Assembly: GCA_040755855.1 (NCBI GenBank)
Contig: JBFMAD010000006.1
Location: forward strand, 1 to 64,000
DNA length: 64,000 nt
Direction: 5' to 3'
Origin: Planctomycetota bacterium
Lineage (GTDB): Bacteria > Planctomycetota > Brocadiia > JAADGH01
Shown: in pieces, positions 38,572 to 47,346 of the stretch
How the letters are laid out: the number at the start of each line of letters is the position of its first letter
Numbering within the stretch: the first letter of the stretch is position 1
Translations under genes and position numbers: made by a program
The notes under the pieces: generated by a model
Seen by the model: the letters and a program-made list of their open reading frames with translations, nothing else
What the model was told of the DNA's origin: nothing
Database searches by the model: none

Positions 38572-39657
38572 ATGTCGAGGGAAGAGAGGCCGGGGATCAT
38601 TTTGTCGTTCGCCGAATTGCTGCGTGCGACGACAGGGTTGATCTGGGTTTTCGTTATGGTAATTCTTCTCGCCGGCGCGGGGTGGGTGATCGTCGGCAGG
38701 TCACGGCCCCATGACCGCGACCGATATGCCCCGCGGGCGAAGGGGATCCCGAAGCCCATTGACTGGGCCCAGGTGGACGCGGAGATCGCCGCCTCGATGA
38801 AGGAGTCCCGCGCGGCGGCGGAGAGGTATGCGTCGGACCAGCTCGACCTGTGGACGGCGGCCCTGATGGATCGGGTGGACGCGGAATTCCTGGGATGGTT
38901 TTTCGGGTACTTCAACCAGCAGATTCTCGGTCTGAAGGGCCTCGGCTACGGGGCCATCCACTGGTGGGACGGCGAGCGGCCCACCGCCGCCGAGCGGCTG
39001 ACGGAGGAATTCCAGGAGGAGTTCGCCAAGCGCGTCCTTCGCCCGCAGATCGCCCAGCTCGAGATGGAGCGCATTGCGCAGAGGGCGGTCGAGATATATG
39101 TCGAGCGTCTCCGGGCCGGTCTTGCTGTGATCCCAAATAAGTACAACATCCCGAGGCCCGATTGGGAACGCCATCTGCATGACATGGCGATGATCGCCGA
39201 GGGGGTGGAGGGCAACCGCGAGGTAACGCTCACGATGAAGACCCTCACCGTCTCGACGGCGGCGACAGCGGTTGTGCTGGGCAAGGCGCTCCAGAGCAGC
39301 CTCCGGCGCGTGGCCACGCGGGTGTCGGGGAAAATATCGGGTGGGATGGCCTCGAAGGCCGCGGGCAGGCTGGCGGCGAAGACCGGCGGCAAGGTCGGGG
39401 CGAAGGTCAGCGGCAAGTTCCTGGGACCGATCATCGGGGCGGGGATTATTTTCTGGGATGTTTACGACCACCATCGCACGAAGAAGATCGAGGGGCCGAT
39501 CCTGCGACAGAACATCGCCGACTACCTGGCCGAGACGAGGCATATGCTGCTCACCGACCCGGAGACCGGCATCCTGGCGCCGATCCACCAAATCGAGGGG
39601 GCCGTGATCGAATCAACGCGACAGGTGGCGAGTGCTGAGCGTGTCCAGGCGGGGTGA
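38572..39657 (+). CDS. membrane-anchored helical hypothetical protein
   Basis: RBS AGGAGG; N-terminal TM; G/A/K-rich segment and hydrophobic LGPIIGAGIIFW. Confidence 0.7.
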   Translation: MSREERPGIILSFAELLRATTGLIWVFVMVILLAGAGWVIVGRSRPHDRDRYAPRAKGIPKPIDWAQVDAEIAASMKESRAAAERYASDQLDLWTAALMDRVDAEFLGWFFGYFNQQILGLKGLGYGAIHWWDGERPTAAERLTEEFQEEFAKRVLRPQIAQLEMERIAQRAVEIYVERLRAGLAVIPNKYNIPRPDWERHLHDMAMIAEGVEGNREVTLTMKTLTVSTAATAVVLGKALQSSLRRVATRVSGKISGGMASKAAGRLAAKTGGKVGAKVSGKFLGPIIGAGIIFWDVYDHHRTKKIEGPILRQNIADYLAETRHMLLTDPETGILAPIHQIEGAVIESTRQVASAERVQAG

Positions 39658-39660
39658 GGG

Positions 39661-40434
39661 TCATCCAGCCGGCTGCCAGATGTTGTCGTCATGCCCGCGG
39701 TTATGTTCGCCCTCCGCGAGGAGGTCGTCCCAGCAGCCGTCGCCGTCTTGGGCGGCGGCGGAGTAGGCTGCGCGGTAGTCGCGCACATCCCTGCCCTTGC
39801 CCAGGTATGGGGTAACCGTCATGGTGGTGCTGCGAATTCTGCCGAGTTCGTTGACGAAGAAGGCGCGCGTCCCGCCGGCGAGGCTGAGGTCGGGCCAGGC
39901 ATAGAGGCAGAAACTGTTTTCCTGCATGTTGATCTGGGGCCGATCTGTGGTTGCGTCGAGCGCCTCGCCCCACCGACCAGCCCGGCAGCCGCTGCCTCGA
40001 TCATCCATGGCATCGCCGGGCCGATCGTTGCACCGGCACGTCGCCGCGAGGAAGAGACGGAACCGGTACCCCGAATGGGCCGCTGTTCCGTCTCCTCCCG
40101 CGCCGCGAGTGTGGAGGGCGTCGGGGAGGTACGCGGGATGCACTGGCGCCGCAGGAACCTCGGCAAAGCCTTTTCGTTTCCGGGGAGGGAGTTCACCGGA
40201 GAGTTCGCAGAGGAATCCATGCTCCCCGATCCCATCCTCGTCCTGGTCGGTTTCGAGGCTGGTCTTGTAGATGCCCTCCTGTACGGCGACTCGTCTGAGT
40301 TGCGCAACGACCTCCGCTTCGCTTGCGGCCATCCTGGACCGGAGTACGTTGGGGACGGCGACGGCCGCAAGGCTCGCGACAATGACGACCACGATCATTA
40401 GCTCTGAATATGTGAATCCTCTATCATCTTTCAT
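39661..40434 (-). CDS. type IV pilin-like protein (prepilin N-terminus, DUF2950-like body)
   Basis: RG|FTYSELMIVVVIVASLAAVAVP with Glu5; SGYRF, YAWP..GTRAFFVN. Confidence 0.8.
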   Translation of the reverse strand: MKDDRGFTYSELMIVVVIVASLAAVAVPNVLRSRMAASEAEVVAQLRRVAVQEGIYKTSLETDQDEDGIGEHGFLCELSGELPPRKRKGFAEVPAAPVHPAYLPDALHTRGAGGDGTAAHSGYRFRLFLAATCRCNDRPGDAMDDRGSGCRAGRWGEALDATTDRPQINMQENSFCLYAWPDLSLAGGTRAFFVNELGRIRSTTMTVTPYLGKGRDVRDYRAAYSAAAQDGDGCWDDLLAEGEHNRGHDDNIWQPAG

Positions 40435-40487
40435 GGCGCACTCATCATCCTGTCCAACGCACTATGGTTTCGGGCGGGTTTCCGCAG

Positions 40488-40504
40488 CGCAAATACAATG
40501 CCGA
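40488..40504 (-). promoter_or_regulatory. sigma54 (-24/-12) promoter of the pilin-like gene
   Basis: TCGGCATTGTATTTGCG = GG-N10-GC, matching TGGCAC-N5-TTGC. Confidence 0.65.
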
Positions 40505-40592
40505 TCCCGGGCGATATTGAAGCAACCAGCGTGTGGGCAACTAGTTACAGATTGAATGTCTTTGAACGCATCCTGATTGCACGATTGTGCAC

Positions 40593-40651
40593 GTGACGCA
40601 TTTTGTCAGTCACGGCATGGTCTGCGTAGGAGGAGTGACAGTTTTTGTCAC
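40593..40651. promoter_or_regulatory. tandem palindromic enhancer-like sites GTGAC(A/G)-N5-TGTCA(C/G)
   Basis: Copies at 40593-40609 and 40635-40651, 42 bp apart, upstream of the sigma54 promoter. Confidence 0.5.
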
Positions 40652-40764
40652 CGGCACCGTTCGATTATGAGCGAGGGATCCTTTCTATGGTAGCAGCAAG
40701 GGCCTCCGCAATCCATCGCTTGGAGGCCCTGCTTCGCCCCGGATTCAGTCCAGCCCCCGACTCG

Positions 40765-41673
40765 TCACCGTCTGCGGCCGCGTCCGCCGGACCTTCCCCC
40801 GCCGAAACCGGACCGGGAGAACCCATGGGACCGGCCACCGCTGCCGCCCGCGCCATAGGAGGGCCGACCGGGAACGCCACTATACGGCTTGTACTGCTTA
40901 TTGTTATAGGGTACGAGACCATTGTTTGAAGATGTCCCCTGCAGACGGTTGCCATAGGTCTGCGTTTTCTGGCTGCCGGTCGTGGGGGCTTGGCGGTTGT
41001 AATAGTACGGAGCGCCCGGTGTGCCTTCCACCGTGCTGTTATGCGTGATGGTGTTTCCGGAGCGCGACCATGTACCTTGGGCCTGGACCTTCCCTTCATT
41101 CGGGCCGGTGGTTGCACCCTCGCGAGTAACGGTGCTACCGTCTTTTGTCCAAGTCGCCTTTTGCTGGACCGTTTGGTCAGTGGGACCCGTGATGGTTCCC
41201 TCATGGGTAATAGTGTTCCCCTCCTTGGTCAATGAACTGTTCGCTGTTATGGTGTTTCCGTTCGGGCCTGTGGTGGTTGCATCGCGGGTGACCGTATTTC
41301 CGTCCTTAGTCCAAGTACCGGTGTGTTGCACGGTCTGGCCGTTTGGGCCGGTGATGGTGCTCTGGCAGATCGCTGTGCCATTTATCGGGTTCCATGTTCC
41401 ATATCCATAGACGGCGGCTGCGTAGGCGGCAGGGTATGCGCCTGCATACACGACGCAGGCGTCATCGCAAAACCAGGCGGTTGCGGGGATGTAAAGGTAG
41501 CCGCAGGGGATGTAGAAGACATAGACCTCTCCACCCTCGTCTTCCTCTTCCTCCTCGACGCAATAATACGAATAATACTCGGAATCGTCATAGACCTCGT
41601 TTTCCTGGGCCTGCGCCTCAAGGGTAAAGGCGACCGTAAGCAGGGCAGCCAGAACCAGTTTGCTCGTTTTCAT
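40765..41673 (-). CDS. secreted protein with four 27-aa Thr/Gly-rich repeats and an RGG-rich tail
   Basis: RBS AAAGGAG, signal peptide MKTSKLVLAALLTVAFTLEAQA, repeats xTxTGPNGxT...WTKDGNTVT. Confidence 0.75.
   Translation of the reverse strand: MKTSKLVLAALLTVAFTLEAQAQENEVYDDSEYYSYYCVEEEEEDEGGEVYVFYIPCGYLYIPATAWFCDDACVVYAGAYPAAYAAAVYGYGTWNPINGTAICQSTITGPNGQTVQHTGTWTKDGNTVTRDATTTGPNGNTITANSSLTKEGNTITHEGTITGPTDQTVQQKATWTKDGSTVTREGATTGPNEGKVQAQGTWSRSGNTITHNSTVEGTPGAPYYYNRQAPTTGSQKTQTYGNRLQGTSSNNGLVPYNNKQYKPYSGVPGRPSYGAGGSGGRSHGFSRSGFGGGRSGGRGRRR
41038..41361 (-). repeat. 4 x 81-bp intragenic tandem repeat
   Basis: STITGPNGQTVQHTGTWTKDGNTVTRD / ATTTGPNGNTITANSSLTKEGNTITHE / GTITGPTDQTVQQKATWTKDGSTVTRE / GATTGPNEGKVQAQGTWSRSGNTITHN. 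Confidence 0.85.
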
Positions 41674-41979
41674 CCTCGCACTCCTTTCGATTGGCCGTTC
41701 TTTTTTGCACATGTTCCTTTCGTCAGGGAGTTAGTGAGGGAAGAGAGCGGGCGGTAACAAGGATCCACAGTCCGACGTCTGAGATAAGGCGTAACATGTG
41801 TTGCAAAACCCTGTTATGACTCAGAAAAATTCGATTAGAGGTCGGTTTGAGGATGGGCAACATGCCTGCGACAGAATTTTCTTGCCGGCCCCCAGGAATT
41901 CCAGCCGTCATGAATTTCACTTTTGTTTTCGAGGGAAAGGTGATATGTTTGGGGCGTTTCAGGGGAAACGAACCGGGAT

Positions 41980-42762
41980 ATGAGCCACATGGCAAGAGCG
42001 GAACTGACTGTCTCAAGCACTGCCGCCGAGCTGAAACGGATTCGAGCCTTTGTGAACGCCGTTTGCGGGGGCGTGGGGTCCATTGACGGACCGACGGCAC
42101 GGCAGATCGAGCTGGCCGTTCACGAGGCGGCAAGCAACATCATGGAGCATGCCTACGGCGGCTGCGCCGATAGGGCGATCACCGTCGAAGCGGACGCCTC
42201 GGATGAGGCGATCGAGTTTCGGCTCTATCATTGCGGCGAGATATTCGAGTGCAAGGGCCCTCGGCCCGAACCGTCGCCCGAGACGGGGTACGGATTATAC
42301 CTCATGGGGCAGTGCATGGATGAGGTGCGGTACTGCCGCGCCGAGGACGGCCGGGCGTGCACCTGTCTGGTGAAGAAACTACACACACGAAAAAAGGAGA
42401 AATGCGGCATGGAACCCGCAGTCGAACAAGTCGGCGACGTGATTGTTGTAACGCCGCTCGTGGACTCGTTGGAGGTTGGAAACTCCCTGGAATTCAGCGA
42501 CGCCGTCACCCCCGTCATCCGCGGCAAGAGCAAGGTGCTCTTCGACATGAGCAGAGTCTGTTTCGTTGATAGTTCCGGCCTGAAGGCCATCATCTGGTGC
42601 ATCAAGCAACTGGACGCATCGGAGGGCGACCTGAAGCTGTGCGGCTTGACGGAGCAGGTGCGGTCGCTCTTCGAGATCGCCCGGATGCACAAGATCATTG
42701 ATCTCTTCGATACCAGAGAGCAGGCCATCGAGGCGTTTCAAAAGAAGGACAATGCACGCTGA
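41980..42762 (+). CDS. RsbW-like anti-sigma kinase domain fused to STAS anti-anti-sigma domain
   Basis: ELAVHEAASNIMEHAY (N-box), GYGLYLM...MDEV; FDMS.V.FVDSSGL (STAS phospho-Ser motif). Confidence 0.8.
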   Translation: MSHMARAELTVSSTAAELKRIRAFVNAVCGGVGSIDGPTARQIELAVHEAASNIMEHAYGGCADRAITVEADASDEAIEFRLYHCGEIFECKGPRPEPSPETGYGLYLMGQCMDEVRYCRAEDGRACTCLVKKLHTRKKEKCGMEPAVEQVGDVIVVTPLVDSLEVGNSLEFSDAVTPVIRGKSKVLFDMSRVCFVDSSGLKAIIWCIKQLDASEGDLKLCGLTEQVRSLFEIARMHKIIDLFDTREQAIEAFQKKDNAR

Positions 42763-42773
42763 GGTAGATCGCC

Positions 42774-44180
42774 ATGACCACTCCGCACGGCAAGCTGACG
42801 CTCGGCTGGGCCTCGCGCGACATAACCCCATCCCGCCCGGTTCTCCTGCTGGGGCAGTTTCACTCGCGCATCTCGGAACGCGTGAACGATCCACTCTCCG
42901 TCACAGCCCTCGCCGTTGAAGCCAAGAACGAAAACGGCGCCTGCGAGCAGGCCGTGATCGTCTCCGCCGATCACGCCGTCATACCTGGTTTCATTCTCGC
43001 GCAGGTGCGCGAACGCGTGAGGGCCGCCGCGCCCGATCTGGATGTGAAGAAGGTGTTCCTCTCCGCCACGCACACCCATACGGCGCCGACGGTGACGGAT
43101 GGCATCTATCCCCCGGCGGCTCCAGAGGTTATGACGCCCGCGGAGTGCGCGGAACAGTTCGTCCAGAGCGCCTCCGGCGCGATCGTCGAGGCATGGACCA
43201 ACCGCCGGCCCGCCGGCGTGAGTTGGGGGTTTGGCCATGCCGTGGTCGGGCATAACCGGCGCATGACCTACTTGGACGGCGCGTCGAAGATGTATGGGAA
43301 CACGAACGACGTGAATTTCTCCCACATCGAGGGCTACGAGGACCACGGCGTGGACCTGCTCTTCACGTGGGACGAGAAGGATCGCCTGACGGGCGTCGTT
43401 GTCAATCTCGCATGCCCGTCTCAGGTGACGGAAGGCGCGAAGTGCGTGTCCGCCGATTTCTGGCATGAGGCGCGCGTCGAGATTCGCCGCCGCCTCGGGG
43501 CCGATCTATTCATCCTGCCCCAATGCGCCGCCGCAGGCGACCAGTCGCCGCACCTGCTCCTGGACAAGAAAGCCGAAGAGTTCATGCGAAAGGGCACGGG
43601 CGTCACGGAGCGCGAGGAGATCGCCCTTCGAATCGCGGACGCCGTCGAGGATGTCCTGCCGGTCGCTCAAAAGCAGATCCGAACACACGCGCCTTTCCGG
43701 CACGTGGCGCGAACGATTGACCTGCCCGTTCGAAAGGTGACGGACGAGGAGGTCGCGTTCGCGCGATCGGAATGTGATCGGCTTCGGAAAGCGGACCCGG
43801 ACGTGAAGAACTCCCCCACGTTTGTCCACCTGCGCCGCCACAACCGGGTGATCCAGCGCTACGAGGAGCAGAAAACCAAGCCTTTCTACCCCATGGAACT
43901 CCACGTCATTCGTCTCGGCGATGTGGCGATGGCGACGAATCCATTCGAGCTTTTCCTCGATTTCGGGGTTCGCATCAAGGCGCGCAGCCAGGCCGTGCAG
44001 ACCTTTCTCGTGCAACTGGCCTGCGACTGGACGGGCTATCTGCCGACGGCGCGGGCCGTGGCCGCGAGAAGCTACGGCGCCGAGGTCGCCAGCAACCAAG
44101 TCGGCCCCGAGGGCGGACAGGCGCTGGTCGAGGAGACGTTGAAATCCATAGATGAACTCTGGATTAACGAGACAAGATAG
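42774..44180 (+). CDS. neutral/alkaline ceramidase-like hydrolase family protein
   Basis: G.A.RDITP, DPL...AL, SATHTHTAP, NRR, AAGDQ, PFELF, GYLPT. Confidence 0.65.
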   Translation: MTTPHGKLTLGWASRDITPSRPVLLLGQFHSRISERVNDPLSVTALAVEAKNENGACEQAVIVSADHAVIPGFILAQVRERVRAAAPDLDVKKVFLSATHTHTAPTVTDGIYPPAAPEVMTPAECAEQFVQSASGAIVEAWTNRRPAGVSWGFGHAVVGHNRRMTYLDGASKMYGNTNDVNFSHIEGYEDHGVDLLFTWDEKDRLTGVVVNLACPSQVTEGAKCVSADFWHEARVEIRRRLGADLFILPQCAAAGDQSPHLLLDKKAEEFMRKGTGVTEREEIALRIADAVEDVLPVAQKQIRTHAPFRHVARTIDLPVRKVTDEEVAFARSECDRLRKADPDVKNSPTFVHLRRHNRVIQRYEEQKTKPFYPMELHVIRLGDVAMATNPFELFLDFGVRIKARSQAVQTFLVQLACDWTGYLPTARAVAARSYGAEVASNQVGPEGGQALVEETLKSIDELWINETR

Positions 44181-44191
44181 TCCATCGCAGA

Positions 44192-44392
44192 ATGGTTACG
44201 TCGAACGAAGAAAATCTTTTTCTTGAGAAGGGCCCCGCATGGCGGGCGGCGGAGGCGTATGGCTTCGACATGTCCCTGATCGAGAGCAACCTGCACATGA
44301 CTCCGATGGAGCGGATTCGCGCGCACGATCGGGTGCTGAACACGATCCTCGATCTCAAGCGCGCTGAGGAGCGTTTCCATGGCAAGTCTTGA
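44192..44392 (+). CDS. small protein, putative antitoxin partner of the nucleotidyltransferase
   Basis: 66 aa, GFDMSLIESNL..TPMERI; overlaps the next gene. Confidence 0.6.
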   Translation: MVTSNEENLFLEKGPAWRAAEAYGFDMSLIESNLHMTPMERIRAHDRVLNTILDLKRAEERFHGKS

Positions 44393-44864
44393 AAGTCTTT
44401 TGGGACGCTTGATACGAGAAGACGTCGAGTTTGTGCTGATCGGCGGCTTCGCCGCCGTGGTCCATGGAGGATCACTGCCCACCCAGGACATTGACGTGTG
44501 TTGTCGCTTCTCAGTGGACAACCTGATGCGCCTTCAGAGAGCGCTGGGCGACCTTCATCCTGTCCATCGGATAACGCCGTCGCATCCACCTCTCGAACTA
44601 ACCCCCGATCAATGCTGCAAGTTCAAGAACCTTTACTTGACCACCGACTACGGACAACTGGACTGTCTCAGTTTCGTCGAGGGAATCGGCGACTATGATC
44701 GTGTTTATGAGAATAGTATGGCGATCCATCTCCCCGACGGCCCATGTCGGGTTCTCACACTCAACGCGCTCATTAAGGCAAAGGAAGCCATGGGCAGGCC
44801 GAGGGACCGCGAAGCGGTGATCCAGTTGAAGGCAATTCGGGAAAGGCTTCATCGCGACCAGTAA
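44379..44864 (+). CDS. nucleotidyltransferase (DUF6036-like)
   Basis: FVLIGGFAAVVHG...TQDID, LIKAKEAMGRPRD. Confidence 0.8.
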   Translation: MASLESLLGRLIREDVEFVLIGGFAAVVHGGSLPTQDIDVCCRFSVDNLMRLQRALGDLHPVHRITPSHPPLELTPDQCCKFKNLYLTTDYGQLDCLSFVEGIGDYDRVYENSMAIHLPDGPCRVLTLNALIKAKEAMGRPRDREAVIQLKAIRERLHRDQ

Positions 44865-44867
44865 CGT

Positions 44868-47336
44868 ATGTCTTCGCAAGCTGTTGGTGTGAGGAGAATC
44901 TTTGTGGATTTCAGAAACATTCAGCTTGAAATGAGTCTAAAGCCGTTCAAGGACAACTCCGACGAAACCATGCGCCGCGTCTGTCGAGAGGTCTTTGTTC
45001 AGTGGGCCGCCCTTTGCCGACATGCCGACCGGGTTTCCGTGCTTTTATGGTCGGCAGACGGATCGGAAATCCTGGAATACAAAGGAGACCTTGACGAGGA
45101 GTTCGAGTGGGCCAAGTGGGTCGGCGTGGCCAACCCTCGCCGCGAGCGGCCGAAGGGCGTCAACGCGACGGCCATCCACCACACCCCGCGACTCTATATC
45201 GAGAAACCGATCGCATGGACCTACCGCCGGCTAAAGAAACTGGTCGAGACGCTGAAGGAAATCGGCGCGGACGTCACCGGCAAACCCATCCGCGTCGGCG
45301 CGACCTTCGACCCCGGACCGGAGTTCGCCGTCTCGCCCTTCAAGTACAAGCGGCATCCGGAGATTTGCATGGGGACGACCATGGGCGCGGGCACGTTCGT
45401 CTGCTGCTATGCGACGCTCCACGAGGACAAGACCGCATACGCCGGCTTCCCCGACGGAATCCCCGAGGGCGCGCCGATGGGCGCGTTCCTCGGCAGGCAG
45501 TGCAGGCATTTCCTCGGCGACCTCGGCTTCGACTACCTCTGGCTCTCGAACGGCTTCGGGTTCGGCCTGGAGACATGGGGCCTGCGCGGGGCCGTCTTCG
45601 ACGGCCAGAAGTTCATGCCCGAAAAGGCGAGGGACGTGCATGACAAAAACATGAACTTCTGGACCGCCCTGCGCAAAGAGATGCCCGATGTCCCCATCGA
45701 GAACCGAGGCACGAACCTCTCGACCGGCATGGACCTTGCCTCCGACGCCGTCCCCCTGCGCGAGATCTACCGGGGCAGTTATGGCATCGAACCCCCACCC
45801 AACTCCCCCTGGGCCGCGATCAACAGCGACTTCGGCCTGGAACTGATCGGCTGGATGTCGCACATCGCCGAACTGCCCGGCGAGACGTTCCCCTTCCGCT
45901 TCTACACCCACGACCCGTGGTTCCTGAACAGCCCCTGGCTCGACCGCTACGGCCGGCAGCCGCACGACATCTACCTGCCGCTCTCGGTCTCGCGGATCAA
46001 CGAGAGGGGCGAGGTCCGCACGCCGACATCCATCCTATTCCTGACCATTGACGACTCGCACGGCGACATGCCGGAGACCGTGCCGAACGAGGTGATCCCC
46101 CACATCATCGAGGGCCGCGCCACGCAGCCCGACCAGCCCGGCCCGCTCGTCTGGGTCTATCCCTTCGACGAGTATCACGACATGACCTTCGGCGAGCCGA
46201 GCAGGATTGACGAGGTCTTCTTCGGCGACTGGTTCATGCGCGGCGCGGTGAACAATGGGCTGCCGCTCAACACGGTGGTCAGCGCGCGGAATCTGGTCTC
46301 GACACTCGGGTCCAAACCGGATCGTTTCGACGAATCGCTCCTTGTCAGTCCTGTCCCCGATACAGACAGCGAATGGTCCGCTGCACTGATGAGCCATGTG
46401 AAGCGCGGTGGTTCCGCGCTCTTGTACGGTCCCATCCGCCATGCAAGGAAGGACCTCCTCGACGCGCTGAACGTGGCAAAGGCAGATCCCCTCTCGGGCG
46501 AGTTCGATCTGCAGGTCGAGATCGGCGGCGACCGCCTCCTGTCCCAGCCGTACGGCAAGCGACTGGCCCATCATGATCTCCTCTCGGCAGGAGGGATGGA
46601 CGGCATGGTGAAGAACGAACGCGACGCCCATACGCGCATTCTTGCTCTGGCGACGCGGGATGGCGACTCCCGCGTGGCGGCGTTGATCCGGCGGCCCCCC
46701 GAATGGAACGGCGGCGGCCTGGCATGGGTGCGGGGGACGGTATCCTGCGACCCGAAGCAGACCGGCGGGCATCTGCTCGTCCCGCTGAATCCCGCGGAGT
46801 ATTTTCCCGGCGAGATGTTGATGCGCTATGCCCTGTCCGCATTCGGCATGGAGATGTTCGCCGAGAAGCACGCCCCCGCGCAGGGCGCGCCGCTCGTGTG
46901 CATCTCGCGCCACAGGAACGGCTTCTACTTCGCCGGCTTCTGCCCGGACACCACGGTGTCGCTGCACCTTCGCTTCCCGCAGGGCGCGCCGCTCCTCAAG
47001 GGCGTCGAGACGCGCATTGTGAACGGCCGGGCCGGCTATCACATGCCCAAGGCGTGGAAGCACGAGTGTCGCGTGTTTGTCGAGCAGAAGGAAGACAGCG
47101 TTGTCTCGTGCAAAGAACGCCACTGCGGCGAAGTGAACGTCCGCCGCCGTCTGCTGATGAATGGGCTCAAGAACGCCACGGTCCGATTCTACCCCGAGCC
47201 GGGGACCGAGGCGGATGTGAAGATGCTGCGCAATCCCAAGCCGCCGTTTCTGGAGGGGGATTTCGTCACATTTGCGAGAGAGGGCCGGTGTCTCGTCGCA
47301 GAGAACATCTCCGGCGAGTTCCTGATTTCGTGGTAG
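44868..47336 (+). CDS. large conserved hypothetical protein, putative glycoside-hydrolase-like
   Basis: 822 aa with good codon bias; GFDYLWLSNGFG; adjacent to a sugar isomerase. Confidence 0.6.
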   Translation: MSSQAVGVRRIFVDFRNIQLEMSLKPFKDNSDETMRRVCREVFVQWAALCRHADRVSVLLWSADGSEILEYKGDLDEEFEWAKWVGVANPRRERPKGVNATAIHHTPRLYIEKPIAWTYRRLKKLVETLKEIGADVTGKPIRVGATFDPGPEFAVSPFKYKRHPEICMGTTMGAGTFVCCYATLHEDKTAYAGFPDGIPEGAPMGAFLGRQCRHFLGDLGFDYLWLSNGFGFGLETWGLRGAVFDGQKFMPEKARDVHDKNMNFWTALRKEMPDVPIENRGTNLSTGMDLASDAVPLREIYRGSYGIEPPPNSPWAAINSDFGLELIGWMSHIAELPGETFPFRFYTHDPWFLNSPWLDRYGRQPHDIYLPLSVSRINERGEVRTPTSILFLTIDDSHGDMPETVPNEVIPHIIEGRATQPDQPGPLVWVYPFDEYHDMTFGEPSRIDEVFFGDWFMRGAVNNGLPLNTVVSARNLVSTLGSKPDRFDESLLVSPVPDTDSEWSAALMSHVKRGGSALLYGPIRHARKDLLDALNVAKADPLSGEFDLQVEIGGDRLLSQPYGKRLAHHDLLSAGGMDGMVKNERDAHTRILALATRDGDSRVAALIRRPPEWNGGGLAWVRGTVSCDPKQTGGHLLVPLNPAEYFPGEMLMRYALSAFGMEMFAEKHAPAQGAPLVCISRHRNGFYFAGFCPDTTVSLHLRFPQGAPLLKGVETRIVNGRAGYHMPKAWKHECRVFVEQKEDSVVSCKERHCGEVNVRRRLLMNGLKNATVRFYPEPGTEADVKMLRNPKPPFLEGDFVTFAREGRCLVAENISGEFLISW

Positions 47337-47346
47337 GGATAAAGGA

